Of a DNA stretch of 64,000 nt, positions 47,763-56,452 are shown piece after piece. Both the position numbers and the translations under genes were made by a program. The stretch spans positions 6,735-70,734 of the forward strand of contig CAZJCG010000015.1 of NCBI GenBank assembly GCA_964544545.1. The letters run 5' to 3'. Each line of letters opens with the position of its first letter. The first letter of the stretch is position 1. Origin of the DNA: an uncultured Lentimicrobiaceae bacterium. Its GTDB lineage: Bacteria > Bacteroidota > Bacteroidia > Bacteroidales > UBA4417. Under the pieces are notes generated by a model that worked only from the letters and a program-made list of their open reading frames with translations, did no database searches and was not told the DNA's origin.

Positions 47763-47993
47763 TCTTACATTCTTACATTCTCAAATTCTTTTATCTTTTT
47801 CCTTTTATCTTTTATCTTGCAAATGCTGAGGGCAAAGGGCAAAGGGCCGGGAGGGTACCAATAAAAAACAAAGAAGATAAGTTTTGCAGGATCAAATAGC
47901 AACCTTACGCTACCACCGGATAAACAACGGATTAGCACAAAGCGTGAAGTTGATTAAATTTACAGAGTATTTGTTTCTGTAAGAGCCCTGAAG

Positions 47994-50519
47994 GTGAAAC
48001 CCTATGCCGTCCTGAGCATCCCGCTTCTATGCCTTGCCGTTTACCTGGCAACCTGGCTGCTGCAAAGGTTTGGAGTGATCTCCAACAGCTCTCTGCGTAA
48101 ATTCTGGAATTCAGTCCTGTTAATCGCTTTCCTTGGTGCTGCCGGGCTCGGATTTCTGTTAGCGATCCAGGTCAATCTGAAAATCGACCTTCCGGCGGCA
48201 GCATCCTTTCTACTGTGGCACGTCGATTTCGGGATCGGGCTCCTTTCCATCGCTCTGATCCATTTGATTCGGCACCTGCGTTATTTCAGAGATCTCATCT
48301 TTCCGAGAAGGGAAAGTCCTGACCGCTCCGGAGGTAATCATGATGCTGTCAGGCAACAGGGAAGGAATGAAGTCACGTCCGAAATCCGCTCCGGAATATT
48401 GCTTCCATTTATCCTTGGCTTTACGGCCATGGCCTCCCAGATCATCCTTCTGCGGGAATTCATGTCGCTTTTCCAGGGGAATGAACTCTCGATTGCGATA
48501 GTACTTGCCAACTGGATGCTGCTGACCGGTCTGGGTGCATGGCTTGGCAGAAAAGGAAAGCAATCCGGGATTTCGCTCCGTCCTGTTCTGTCCGGGATTG
48601 CTATATTGTCGGTGTTGGCTCCGGTCACCTTATTCACCGCCGATCTGCTGAAGGTTGTCATCTTTCCTTCAGGGACCCTTGTGGGACTGGGTGGCATATT
48701 CCTGAGCGCACTGGTTCTGCTTGCTCCTTTCTGTCTGCTTTCAGGATTTCTTTTTACCCGGATCACCGGACGGTTATCCTCTCCGGATGCCAATACCCCG
48801 GCAACGGTATATTCGCTGGAATCGCTAGGAAGTATGGCAGGAGGCATGCTGGTCAATCTGGTCCTCATTTTCCTGCTCAAACCGTTTTACAGCATGCTGG
48901 CGGTTGTGTTGTTGAGCCTGTTTCTGACAGCGATCGTTGCACATCGCAACAAACTGGCAAGATTGAACAGGGCGTTGATCCCCGTTATGTTTCTGTTTAC
49001 CCTGGTGATGATCTCCGTTAATCCGGACAGGCTGAGCCGGAAAATGCTGTTCCCGGGGCAGGAGATTGAATACTACCGTAATACGCCTTATGGCTCGCTG
49101 TTAGTCACCCGATCAGCCGAACAGCGCAATTTCTTTGGCAACACCTCCCTGCTCTTTACCACCAACGACGTTATCTCCAATGAGGAGGCCATCCATTACG
49201 CCTTGCTACAGCGGCCGTCGCCGAAAAATGTTATGCTTGTCGAAGGCGGTATATCAGGAACCCTGAAAGAGATCCTGAAGTACCCGGTAGAAAAAGTAAA
49301 ATACGTGGAGTTGAATCCCTGGATTATCCGGCTTGGCCGGAAGTACACCAAAGAATTGTCGGATCAGCGCGTAAGCCTCTGTCAGGGCGATGTCCTTAAT
49401 TTTTTACGACGGGAAACGGTGCTACAGGATGCCATTCTGTTACAGGTGCCCGAGCCTTCTTCTCTCATGGTCAACCGTTTCTATACGCTGGAATTCTTTA
49501 AATTAGTCCGATCGAAACTCAAACCTGGAGGTGTATGCTCGGTGGGACTGATGCCTACGCCAAACTATGTTGGCGACGAAGCCAGGCAGGTACAGTCCGT
49601 CATGCTTTCCACGCTGAAGAAGGTTTTCCCAACCGTCATCCTGATCCCCGGGGAAAAGAACTATTTCCTTGCCTCCACCGGGCCACTGGATACAGGGGTA
49701 GCCGGACTCCAGGAAATCCGGGGTATCCCGACTGAGTATGTGAATAGTTACTATCTCGACGACACAATCATTCGTGCCCGGAGCAAAGAGATCACAGGTG
49801 CCTTGTCGAACACAGCAGAGATCAATCAGGATTTCAAACCTCTGTTATTTTTCGGACAAATCCGGTATTGGCTTAGTTACTTCGGGAAGCCATCCGCTCT
49901 CTTTCTGTTACTTCCCCTGTTGCTGTTCTTTCTGCTCGTCTGGGGGTTACACGCCCGTCCGGTAAATACAGGCGTCATGGTTACCGGGTTCACGGCATCT
50001 TCTGTTGAGATACTTCTGCTATTCGTCTTCCAGGTCCTGTTTGGGAACCTTTACCTGATGGCGGGTCTTATCATTCTGGTATTCATGGCAGGATTGTACC
50101 TGGGTGCCGGCCGATTCGGTAAAAGGTTCCGGGTTTCTTCGGCTCATAACCTGGTACGGGTACAGATGCTCATCGCCCTGGTTTGTCTGATGATTTTAGA
50201 TGCGGTGGCCGGATTCACAGTGATCGCACTCCCTTCCTGGCTCATACAGGCATGTATTCTATTGCTGATCCTGATCATCTCCGTAATCACCGGTATCCAG
50301 TATCGAGTTTCGGCACTGGTGCTTGCCGGTGAGCCGCAGCATGTTTCGGGGTCTCTCTACAGTGCAGATCTGCTGGGATCGGCAACCGGCACTTTGCTGG
50401 TGAGTGTCTGGCTGACGCCTCTACTGGGAATACAGGGTACCTTGCTGGCGCTGGCAGGCTTGAATATTCTGACCGCCATCTGGCTGAATCTTCGGCTGAA
50501 AAAGGTATCTTTGAAGTAG
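47994..50519 (+). CDS. Polytopic membrane protein with an embedded spermidine-synthase-like (class I methyltransferase-fold) domain
   Basis: 841 aa. About 8 TM helices, then a soluble domain (VMLVEGGISGTLKEILKYPVEKVKYVELNPWII...QGDVLNFL, spermidine synthase-like), then ~6 more TM helices. The start is a GTG; there is no in-frame ATG nearby. Confidence 0.7.
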   Translation: MKPYAVLSIPLLCLAVYLATWLLQRFGVISNSSLRKFWNSVLLIAFLGAAGLGFLLAIQVNLKIDLPAAASFLLWHVDFGIGLLSIALIHLIRHLRYFRDLIFPRRESPDRSGGNHDAVRQQGRNEVTSEIRSGILLPFILGFTAMASQIILLREFMSLFQGNELSIAIVLANWMLLTGLGAWLGRKGKQSGISLRPVLSGIAILSVLAPVTLFTADLLKVVIFPSGTLVGLGGIFLSALVLLAPFCLLSGFLFTRITGRLSSPDANTPATVYSLESLGSMAGGMLVNLVLIFLLKPFYSMLAVVLLSLFLTAIVAHRNKLARLNRALIPVMFLFTLVMISVNPDRLSRKMLFPGQEIEYYRNTPYGSLLVTRSAEQRNFFGNTSLLFTTNDVISNEEAIHYALLQRPSPKNVMLVEGGISGTLKEILKYPVEKVKYVELNPWIIRLGRKYTKELSDQRVSLCQGDVLNFLRRETVLQDAILLQVPEPSSLMVNRFYTLEFFKLVRSKLKPGGVCSVGLMPTPNYVGDEARQVQSVMLSTLKKVFPTVILIPGEKNYFLASTGPLDTGVAGLQEIRGIPTEYVNSYYLDDTIIRARSKEITGALSNTAEINQDFKPLLFFGQIRYWLSYFGKPSALFLLLPLLLFFLLVWGLHARPVNTGVMVTGFTASSVEILLLFVFQVLFGNLYLMAGLIILVFMAGLYLGAGRFGKRFRVSSAHNLVRVQMLIALVCLMILDAVAGFTVIALPSWLIQACILLLILIISVITGIQYRVSALVLAGEPQHVSGSLYSADLLGSATGTLLVSVWLTPLLGIQGTLLALAGLNILTAIWLNLRLKKVSLK

Positions 50520-50527
50520 ATCAGGAC

Positions 50528-51670
50528 ATGAAAAAACGGGATTTCATTCGGTCGGGAATGGCAGCAATGATGTATGCTGCCTGCCTTTCGTGCCGGAACA
50601 GGCTTCTGGCCGGAGAGCCGAATGACATTGCTGCATCCGGCCCGTCAGGAGAATTATGGAAATGGAGCCATGAAGCTTACCATTACCAGGTAACTACGCG
50701 GGGAGTGCAATGTACCAACTGCCCGAACGGTTGCACCCTGAAACGAAAAGAGACCAGCAAATGCCGTAACCGGATCAACATAGGTGATAAGCTATACTCC
50801 ATCGCTTATGGAAATCCTTGCGCGGTCCATATCGATCCTATAGAGAAAAAGCCGTTTTTTCACTATCTGCCGGCAAGCCGGGCTTATTCCATTGCGACGG
50901 CAGGGTGTAACCTTGCCTGTCTGAATTGTCAAAACTGGGAAATTTCACAAAAGAGCCCTAAAGAGACGGTCAATTACGATCTGATGCCTGGTCAGGTTGT
51001 AGAAGAATGCCTGAAGAACAGGTGCGAAAGCATCGCCTATACCTATTCGGAACCTACTTCGTTCTACGAATATGTGCACGACACAGCCAGGCTGGCCCGA
51101 AGCCGGGGTATCAGGAATCTTTATAAATCGAACGGCTACATCAACGAAAAGCCCTTACGCCAGCTCTGCAAATACCTGGATGCTGCCAACATCGACCTGA
51201 AAAGCTTCAGCGAAACCACCTACCTGAAACTGAACTCCGGCAAGCTGGCTCCTGTATTGCGTTCGTTACAGGTACTAAAGGAAGAAGGCGTCTGGCTCGA
51301 GATCACCAACCTTGTAATCCCGGGCTGGACTGATAACCTTTCCGAAATCCGGAAAATGTGTGAGTGGCTGGTAAGTAATAAGTTACACGACTGTCCATTG
51401 CATTTCAGCCGGTTCACCCCTCTTTATAAGCTTACCCAGTTGCCATCCACTCCGGCATCGGTGCTGCAGAAAGCCCGTGCCATCGCCCTGGAAGCAGGTA
51501 TGAAATACGTTTATGTGGGCAACATACCGGGGACCGACATGGAGAATACTTACTGTCCCAAGTGCCACAAGCTGCTGATTGAGCGGAAAGGATTCCGCAT
51601 CATACAGAATCTTCTCAAAAGCGGCAGATGCCCGTCTTGTGGTACCATGATTGACGGAATCTGGGTATAA
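50528..51670 (+). CDS. AmmeMemoRadiSam-type radical SAM enzyme with a Tat-like N-terminal leader
   Basis: Radical SAM cluster motif GCNLACLNCQNWEIS. N-terminal CTNCPNGC and C-terminal CPKC...CPSCG cysteine motifs typical of this family. Leader: MKKRDFIRSGMAAMMYAACLSCRNRLLAG. Confidence 0.8.
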   Translation: MKKRDFIRSGMAAMMYAACLSCRNRLLAGEPNDIAASGPSGELWKWSHEAYHYQVTTRGVQCTNCPNGCTLKRKETSKCRNRINIGDKLYSIAYGNPCAVHIDPIEKKPFFHYLPASRAYSIATAGCNLACLNCQNWEISQKSPKETVNYDLMPGQVVEECLKNRCESIAYTYSEPTSFYEYVHDTARLARSRGIRNLYKSNGYINEKPLRQLCKYLDAANIDLKSFSETTYLKLNSGKLAPVLRSLQVLKEEGVWLEITNLVIPGWTDNLSEIRKMCEWLVSNKLHDCPLHFSRFTPLYKLTQLPSTPASVLQKARAIALEAGMKYVYVGNIPGTDMENTYCPKCHKLLIERKGFRIIQNLLKSGRCPSCGTMIDGIWV

Positions 51671-51782
51671 TCCGGATTCGTAAACAATCGCTATATTTGT
51701 ACTATATACTCACTATATGTATCGGTTTGTCATTATCCAGATTATGAACTGTTCCAATCTGCTAGGTCTATAATTGTTTGCC

Positions 51783-51908
51783 ATGCCTGTCGATAATCGC
51801 CTGCTGGAATGGTCCGTTCCCGTCGGACGCCTCCCGGCAGGGGTATATACCATACAGTTAAAAAGCCCTCAGGGGCTGATTGCATCTGAGAAACTGACCA
51901 AAATATAG
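51783..51908 (+). pseudogene. Orphan fragment of a T9SS type A C-terminal sorting domain
   Basis: The 41-codon ORF MPVDNRLLEWSVPVGRLPAGVYTIQLKSPQGLIASEKLTKI* matches the last ~40 residues of Por_Secre_tail domains (L.aGvY.v.l....g....K..K). The frame is closed by TAA at 51771-51773, so no upstream protein body exists. Confidence 0.45.
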
Positions 51909-52014
51909 GCTATTGACCAGGAACCTGTTCAAAGAGACAAGCGGAAACAGTAATTCCTTACCATATTTTTATAGGATTAAGTTCCAAACAACATTATTCA
52001 TTTTTCATATTCCC

Positions 52015-52713
52015 ATGAAAATCACTATCCTTTTCTCCGATTTTATTTCTCTGTTATACCCTCGGCTTTGTATGGCCTGCGGCAACTCATTATTCAGGCA
52101 TGAACAGGTGCTCTGCACCCAATGCCTGCTGGAACTCCCCAAAACCAACTTCCACCGGTTCCCCGACAGTCCCCTTGATAAAGTGTTCTGGGGCAGGGTA
52201 CCCATCGAACGGACAGCCGCAATGTATTATTTCAGCAAGGGAGGAAAGGTGCAGCATCTTATCCACCAGCTCAAATACAAAGGACAACGCGAGGTCGGCA
52301 TATACATCGGCAAACTCCTTGGCAAAGACCTGACCGAAGAGCCGGATTTCCTGAAGATAGATGCGATCATCCCGGTTCCTCTGCATCTCAGCAAGCTCAG
52401 GAAGAGGGGCTATAATCAGAGCGAGCAGTTTGCCCATGGACTGGCAGAATCGATGGGGATCGCCGTCGATACCACCTCGTTTATCCGCGCCAGGGCTACG
52501 GAAACCCAGACGAAGAAATCGCGTTTCGCCAGGTACGAAAATGTTAAAGAGATCTTCCGGATTGCCGATCCTGAATCGATTACCAACAAGCACATCCTTT
52601 TGGTGGACGACGTGATCACCACGGGGTCAACTCTTGAATCCTGTGCAGTCATGCTGCTGACGGTTCCCGGCGTCAGGGTAAGCGTTGCAGCCATGGCTTA
52701 TGCAGTCGGATAA
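52015..52713 (+). CDS. comF: ComF family protein (phosphoribosyltransferase-like)
   Basis: N-terminal zinc-finger cysteines CMACGN...CTQC and the PRTase motif ILLVDDVITTGSTL. ATG 52015 is preferred over 51913. Confidence 0.8.
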   Translation: MKITILFSDFISLLYPRLCMACGNSLFRHEQVLCTQCLLELPKTNFHRFPDSPLDKVFWGRVPIERTAAMYYFSKGGKVQHLIHQLKYKGQREVGIYIGKLLGKDLTEEPDFLKIDAIIPVPLHLSKLRKRGYNQSEQFAHGLAESMGIAVDTTSFIRARATETQTKKSRFARYENVKEIFRIADPESITNKHILLVDDVITTGSTLESCAVMLLTVPGVRVSVAAMAYAVG

Positions 52714-52717
52714 GGGA

Positions 52718-55315
52718 TCATAAACGGCTCCCGACAGCAACGGCCTGCTTGTACCTTTTTACGGTCCCGTTCATGTCGAAGGCTTCTACACGGATCACAT
52801 ACCAGCCTGCAGGCACTCTGGTCCGTTTGTCGCTGATGCCATCCCACGACCAGCACCCGCTCACACCGCAGAGATCATTGTTCACCAGGTTTCGCACCAG
52901 GTGCCCTGTGGCATCAAAGATCATCACCCTGGCCGTGAAAGCCGGTGCGGGAAAGGAATAGCTGATCATGAGATTATCATCCACCCCGTCGTTATCGGGA
53001 GAGAATATCTTCGACGACAGGATTATGCCATCGCCCCCTTCCGGAACACTGCCAAACTGAGAATTCCTGTAGCCCGGCGTGGCATAGCCGGCCGTTTCCG
53101 CAGCTGAATGCCAGTTGGACCGGTCGTCCGAAGGTCTTTCAGGATTGACACGTTCAAGTGAAACGCCTTCTGCATCGGTTAATAGCGGGTACTGCATATC
53201 GCTCGTATAGGAGAGATTGTCGATGATCTCACCCGTACGTGTGGCCAGAGCGATCGATCCATCCTCGTTGCCCAGCGGTGGAAGCGCCTCCACCCGGATG
53301 AGCCGGTCAGGATCGGAGCCCGGGTAAAACAGCCGGATGGCAGCAGTATCCTTCGTAAAAACAAGATACCTGCCGGGAAATACCAGCAGGGATTCTTCGC
53401 TCAGGTTGACCACATCCGTCAGCAGGCCGGTCAACGTATCCAGGCATGCAAGTGTCAGTTCTGTAAGGTCTACCACCTTGAATGAACGGTTATAGATTTC
53501 CACAAAGTCATCGCAGCCTTCCCGGGGATCGAACAGTATTTCGTTGATGACAATATCCTGAGCTCCGGCCTTTACAGGCAAGGCAAAGGGAATAACTGTA
53601 CTGGCGGCTAAAGCATTGCCGGCACAGTCGCAGAAACTGCCTGTTACACCTACCGAGTATAACACACCTTCCTGAATGGTTGATCCCAGGTCCAGCATTG
53701 CCTGCCGGAAAGAACTTCCCGTTGTCGCAACCGATAACGGATGCCCGATATCGGGCGTAATATCATAGTTTGCCGGTTCAAGGAGGGACGCACTGTCGAC
53801 CGGCTCACTGAAAGTGATGAGCAGGCGGGACGAATCCGGCGTGCCGATACGGCTGATGGACGGAGCCCGTGTATCCGGATTGGCCGCTGACACCGAATTG
53901 ACCCTGCCGGGTGTACCACCGGAGGCATCGTTTGAAGCATTCCAGTTGTCAGCATCGCCGCAAGGATTCATAGGATCGATCTGTTCCAGCGACCAGCCGC
54001 CCTCCTGCTTGTATTCGTTTCTGTACCAGCTGTCGTGGTAGGTAACAGCGTGGATAACGGAACCTTCGCTGTTCCGGAGGACAAGTTCCTGACCCGCATT
54101 GACCAGTGAAAACGATGACAGGAAAACAACGGGACCGTATGGCTCTAAATCTTCGCTAAAAGCATCATCGGCAACCAGCAGATATCCTCCGGCCGGCAGC
54201 GAGCAGGACGGGAGAATTTTCCGGGATGTGCCCGTAGTGATGCTCCAGCCGGTAAGGTCAACCGAAAATCCTGTCCGGTTGTATAGTTCCATGTATTCGG
54301 CAGCCGGCAGCCCCACCGGAGGATCCGGATCACACATCAGCTCATTGATCAATACATCGAACGACCTTACAGTATGCCATGAAAATGTCAGGTTCGTATC
54401 CCGCATTACATTCCCGGCCTGATCCTGAACACCTCTTACAGAAAGCAAATAGGTAAGGTCCGGTTGAAATTCGACGGGAAAAGCCAGGCTGACGCGGGCG
54501 GGATTTGTTCCATCATGCAGGATCACCGATGGATTGCCAACGCCCTGGTCAACCAGGTAGTTGCCAGTATTGGAAACACTTCCCGCCTCCGCATTCTCGC
54601 TGAATTCAATCTTCAGACTGTTGGATGCCGGCACCTCGAGTGTGAGAATCGTTGGCGCTGCTATATCGACAATCACCGTTCCTGCATAGAAATCATCAAA
54701 AAAGAACTTCGTACTGTTACTGGATGTGTACTTACAACTCAGCCCGAACCAGGAGCCGGCAAGCGGATCGTCATCCCGAGCAGAGGCTTCCGGCTGCCAG
54801 GCCGTTCCTCCAGCCGGATCGGTGAACACTTGCCAGAGCCCTGCAGATGATCGGGTGACCCGGATGCGGAGAGTGAATGCAGAAGCGATCAGCCCCGGTT
54901 TGCCCTTGCACAAGGAAACTGATGTGTTGCCTGTTTGCCTGAACAACTCAATGGCATCATCGGTACCGGAGGCTCCCAGCTTCAGATAATACCCGTTCAG
55001 CTGACCTTCCAGGTCTTGCTGATCCGATAACAGAAATATTTTCGCCAGGTTATTCTCCGACGGACTGAATCCCAGTTTAACCCAGAAACTCCACTCCATG
55101 CTGTCGGCCGGCGAAACCGGAGTAACCAGGCTGGACTGTCCTTCACCGCCTGAATTTAACTGTAGCTGAAAGGCAGTGTTGACCTTGAATTGTTGGATGT
55201 CACCTGACCAGGCAGGATTGGAAGAAAAATCACCGTCAGTGAACGAATCGTTCATCTGAGCCTTCATCATCCCATGCAGCAGGATGAAGAAGCAAAAAAT
55301 AAAGATAGTCTTCAT
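52718..55315 (-). CDS. Secreted protein with two lamin-tail domains (LTD) and a C-terminal Ig-like module
   Basis: Signal peptide. LTD motifs VLINELMCDPDPP...EYMELYNRTGFSVDLTGW and IVINEILFDPREGCDDFVEIYNRSFKVVDLT. C-terminus FSPDNDGVDDNL...AGWYVIRVEAFD. The start could be 55333 or 55315. Confidence 0.75.
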   Translation of the reverse strand: MKTIFIFCFFILLHGMMKAQMNDSFTDGDFSSNPAWSGDIQQFKVNTAFQLQLNSGGEGQSSLVTPVSPADSMEWSFWVKLGFSPSENNLAKIFLLSDQQDLEGQLNGYYLKLGASGTDDAIELFRQTGNTSVSLCKGKPGLIASAFTLRIRVTRSSAGLWQVFTDPAGGTAWQPEASARDDDPLAGSWFGLSCKYTSSNSTKFFFDDFYAGTVIVDIAAPTILTLEVPASNSLKIEFSENAEAGSVSNTGNYLVDQGVGNPSVILHDGTNPARVSLAFPVEFQPDLTYLLSVRGVQDQAGNVMRDTNLTFSWHTVRSFDVLINELMCDPDPPVGLPAAEYMELYNRTGFSVDLTGWSITTGTSRKILPSCSLPAGGYLLVADDAFSEDLEPYGPVVFLSSFSLVNAGQELVLRNSEGSVIHAVTYHDSWYRNEYKQEGGWSLEQIDPMNPCGDADNWNASNDASGGTPGRVNSVSAANPDTRAPSISRIGTPDSSRLLITFSEPVDSASLLEPANYDITPDIGHPLSVATTGSSFRQAMLDLGSTIQEGVLYSVGVTGSFCDCAGNALAASTVIPFALPVKAGAQDIVINEILFDPREGCDDFVEIYNRSFKVVDLTELTLACLDTLTGLLTDVVNLSEESLLVFPGRYLVFTKDTAAIRLFYPGSDPDRLIRVEALPPLGNEDGSIALATRTGEIIDNLSYTSDMQYPLLTDAEGVSLERVNPERPSDDRSNWHSAAETAGYATPGYRNSQFGSVPEGGDGIILSSKIFSPDNDGVDDNLMISYSFPAPAFTARVMIFDATGHLVRNLVNNDLCGVSGCWSWDGISDKRTRVPAGWYVIRVEAFDMNGTVKRYKQAVAVGSRL

Positions 55316-55378
55316 TTTGCATACTCCTTTCAAATGGTTAATAATCTAAATTTGCAATCCGAAAAAAATGTGAATTAT

Positions 55379-56380
55379 ATGAAAATAGCTGTTGTAGGTG
55401 CAACCGGACTGGTAGGCGGAGTGATGTTGAAGGTGCTGGAAGAAGGTCGGTATCTTTCTTTTGATAAAATTACGGAAATTATTCCTGTTGCATCCGAAAA
55501 ATCGGTAGGAAAAGAGATCCATTTCAACAATATGCCTTACACGGTGGTCAGCGTTCGCGAGGCCATCGCAAGGAAACCTGAGATAGCCATCTTTTCAGCC
55601 GGCGGAGCTGCTTCCAGGGAATATGCCCCACTGTTTGCCGCATCAGGCACCACAGTGATCGATAACAGTTCAGCCTGGCGGATGGATCCGAATGTCCCGC
55701 TGGTTGTCCCTGAGATTAACGCACATGTGCTGCAGCCCGGCCAGAAGATCATTGCCAATCCCAATTGCTCCACTATCGGGATGGTAATGGCGCTTGCCCC
55801 GTTGCATAAAGCCTTCGGGATAAAGCGGGTTGTGGTATCAACTTACCAGTCGGTTACAGGCACCGGTCAAAAGGCTGTCCAACAGCTCCTGAACGAACGT
55901 GCCGGTGTAAGCGGCGAACGGGTATATCCTCACCCGATCGACCTGAACCTTTTCCCTCATGGTGGCACTTTTGAGCCCAATGGTTACACCACAGAAGAGA
56001 TCAAGCTGGTGAATGAAACCAGGAAGATACTGGGTGACGATTCCATTCGCCTCACAGCCACTGTTGTAAGAGTCCCTGTAACCGGCGGCCACTCCGAGTC
56101 GGTGAATGTGGAATTCTACAATGATTTTACCCTGGAAGCTGTCAACAAATTGCTCTCTTCTGCAAAAGGCGTTATCCTGCAGGATGAACCTGATAAATCC
56201 ATTTACCCCATGCCCAGGTATGCCGAAGGCCGTGATGAGGTATTTGTCGGAAGGATCCGCCGGGATGAATCCCAGCCAAACACGCTCAACCTGTGGGTGG
56301 TTTCGGATAACCTGAGGAAAGGGGCTGCTACCAACGCAGTGCAGATTGCGGCGTATCTCGTTGACAATGAACTGATCTGA
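55379..56380 (+). CDS. asd: Aspartate-semialdehyde dehydrogenase
   Basis: MKIAVVGATGLVGG Rossmann motif and active-site IANPNCSTI. ATG 55379 is preferred; the track start 55274 overlaps the divergent gene. Confidence 0.9.
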   Translation: MKIAVVGATGLVGGVMLKVLEEGRYLSFDKITEIIPVASEKSVGKEIHFNNMPYTVVSVREAIARKPEIAIFSAGGAASREYAPLFAASGTTVIDNSSAWRMDPNVPLVVPEINAHVLQPGQKIIANPNCSTIGMVMALAPLHKAFGIKRVVVSTYQSVTGTGQKAVQQLLNERAGVSGERVYPHPIDLNLFPHGGTFEPNGYTTEEIKLVNETRKILGDDSIRLTATVVRVPVTGGHSESVNVEFYNDFTLEAVNKLLSSAKGVILQDEPDKSIYPMPRYAEGRDEVFVGRIRRDESQPNTLNLWVVSDNLRKGAATNAVQIAAYLVDNELI

Positions 56381-56452
56381 AACAGAAGTTGCCTTCACTA
56401 AATATGGGAATGGCGCCCATTGCCGGTTGTTGGTTGATGAATCTTTGAATTC

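Larger units (their letters stand above)
47208..47852. repeat. Mosaic non-coding region built from four recurring short-repeat modules
   Basis: Four direct copies of a ~33-bp T-rich core TCTTTTATCTTTTTCCTTTTGTCTTTTATCTT (47329, 47451, 47608, 47788). Four purine blocks GAGGGCAAAG(A/G)GCA (47213, 47372, 47492, 47828). Interspersed 10-mer and 8-mer tandem arrays. No ORF of 60 aa or more. Confidence 0.75.

Noticed and set aside
47208-47852. Possible CRISPR array in the repeat-rich region downstream of nrdJ
   Set aside because: The repeats are contiguous 8-10-bp tandem units and ~33-bp T-rich cores at irregular spacing. There are no unique spacers of constant length and no cas genes in the window.
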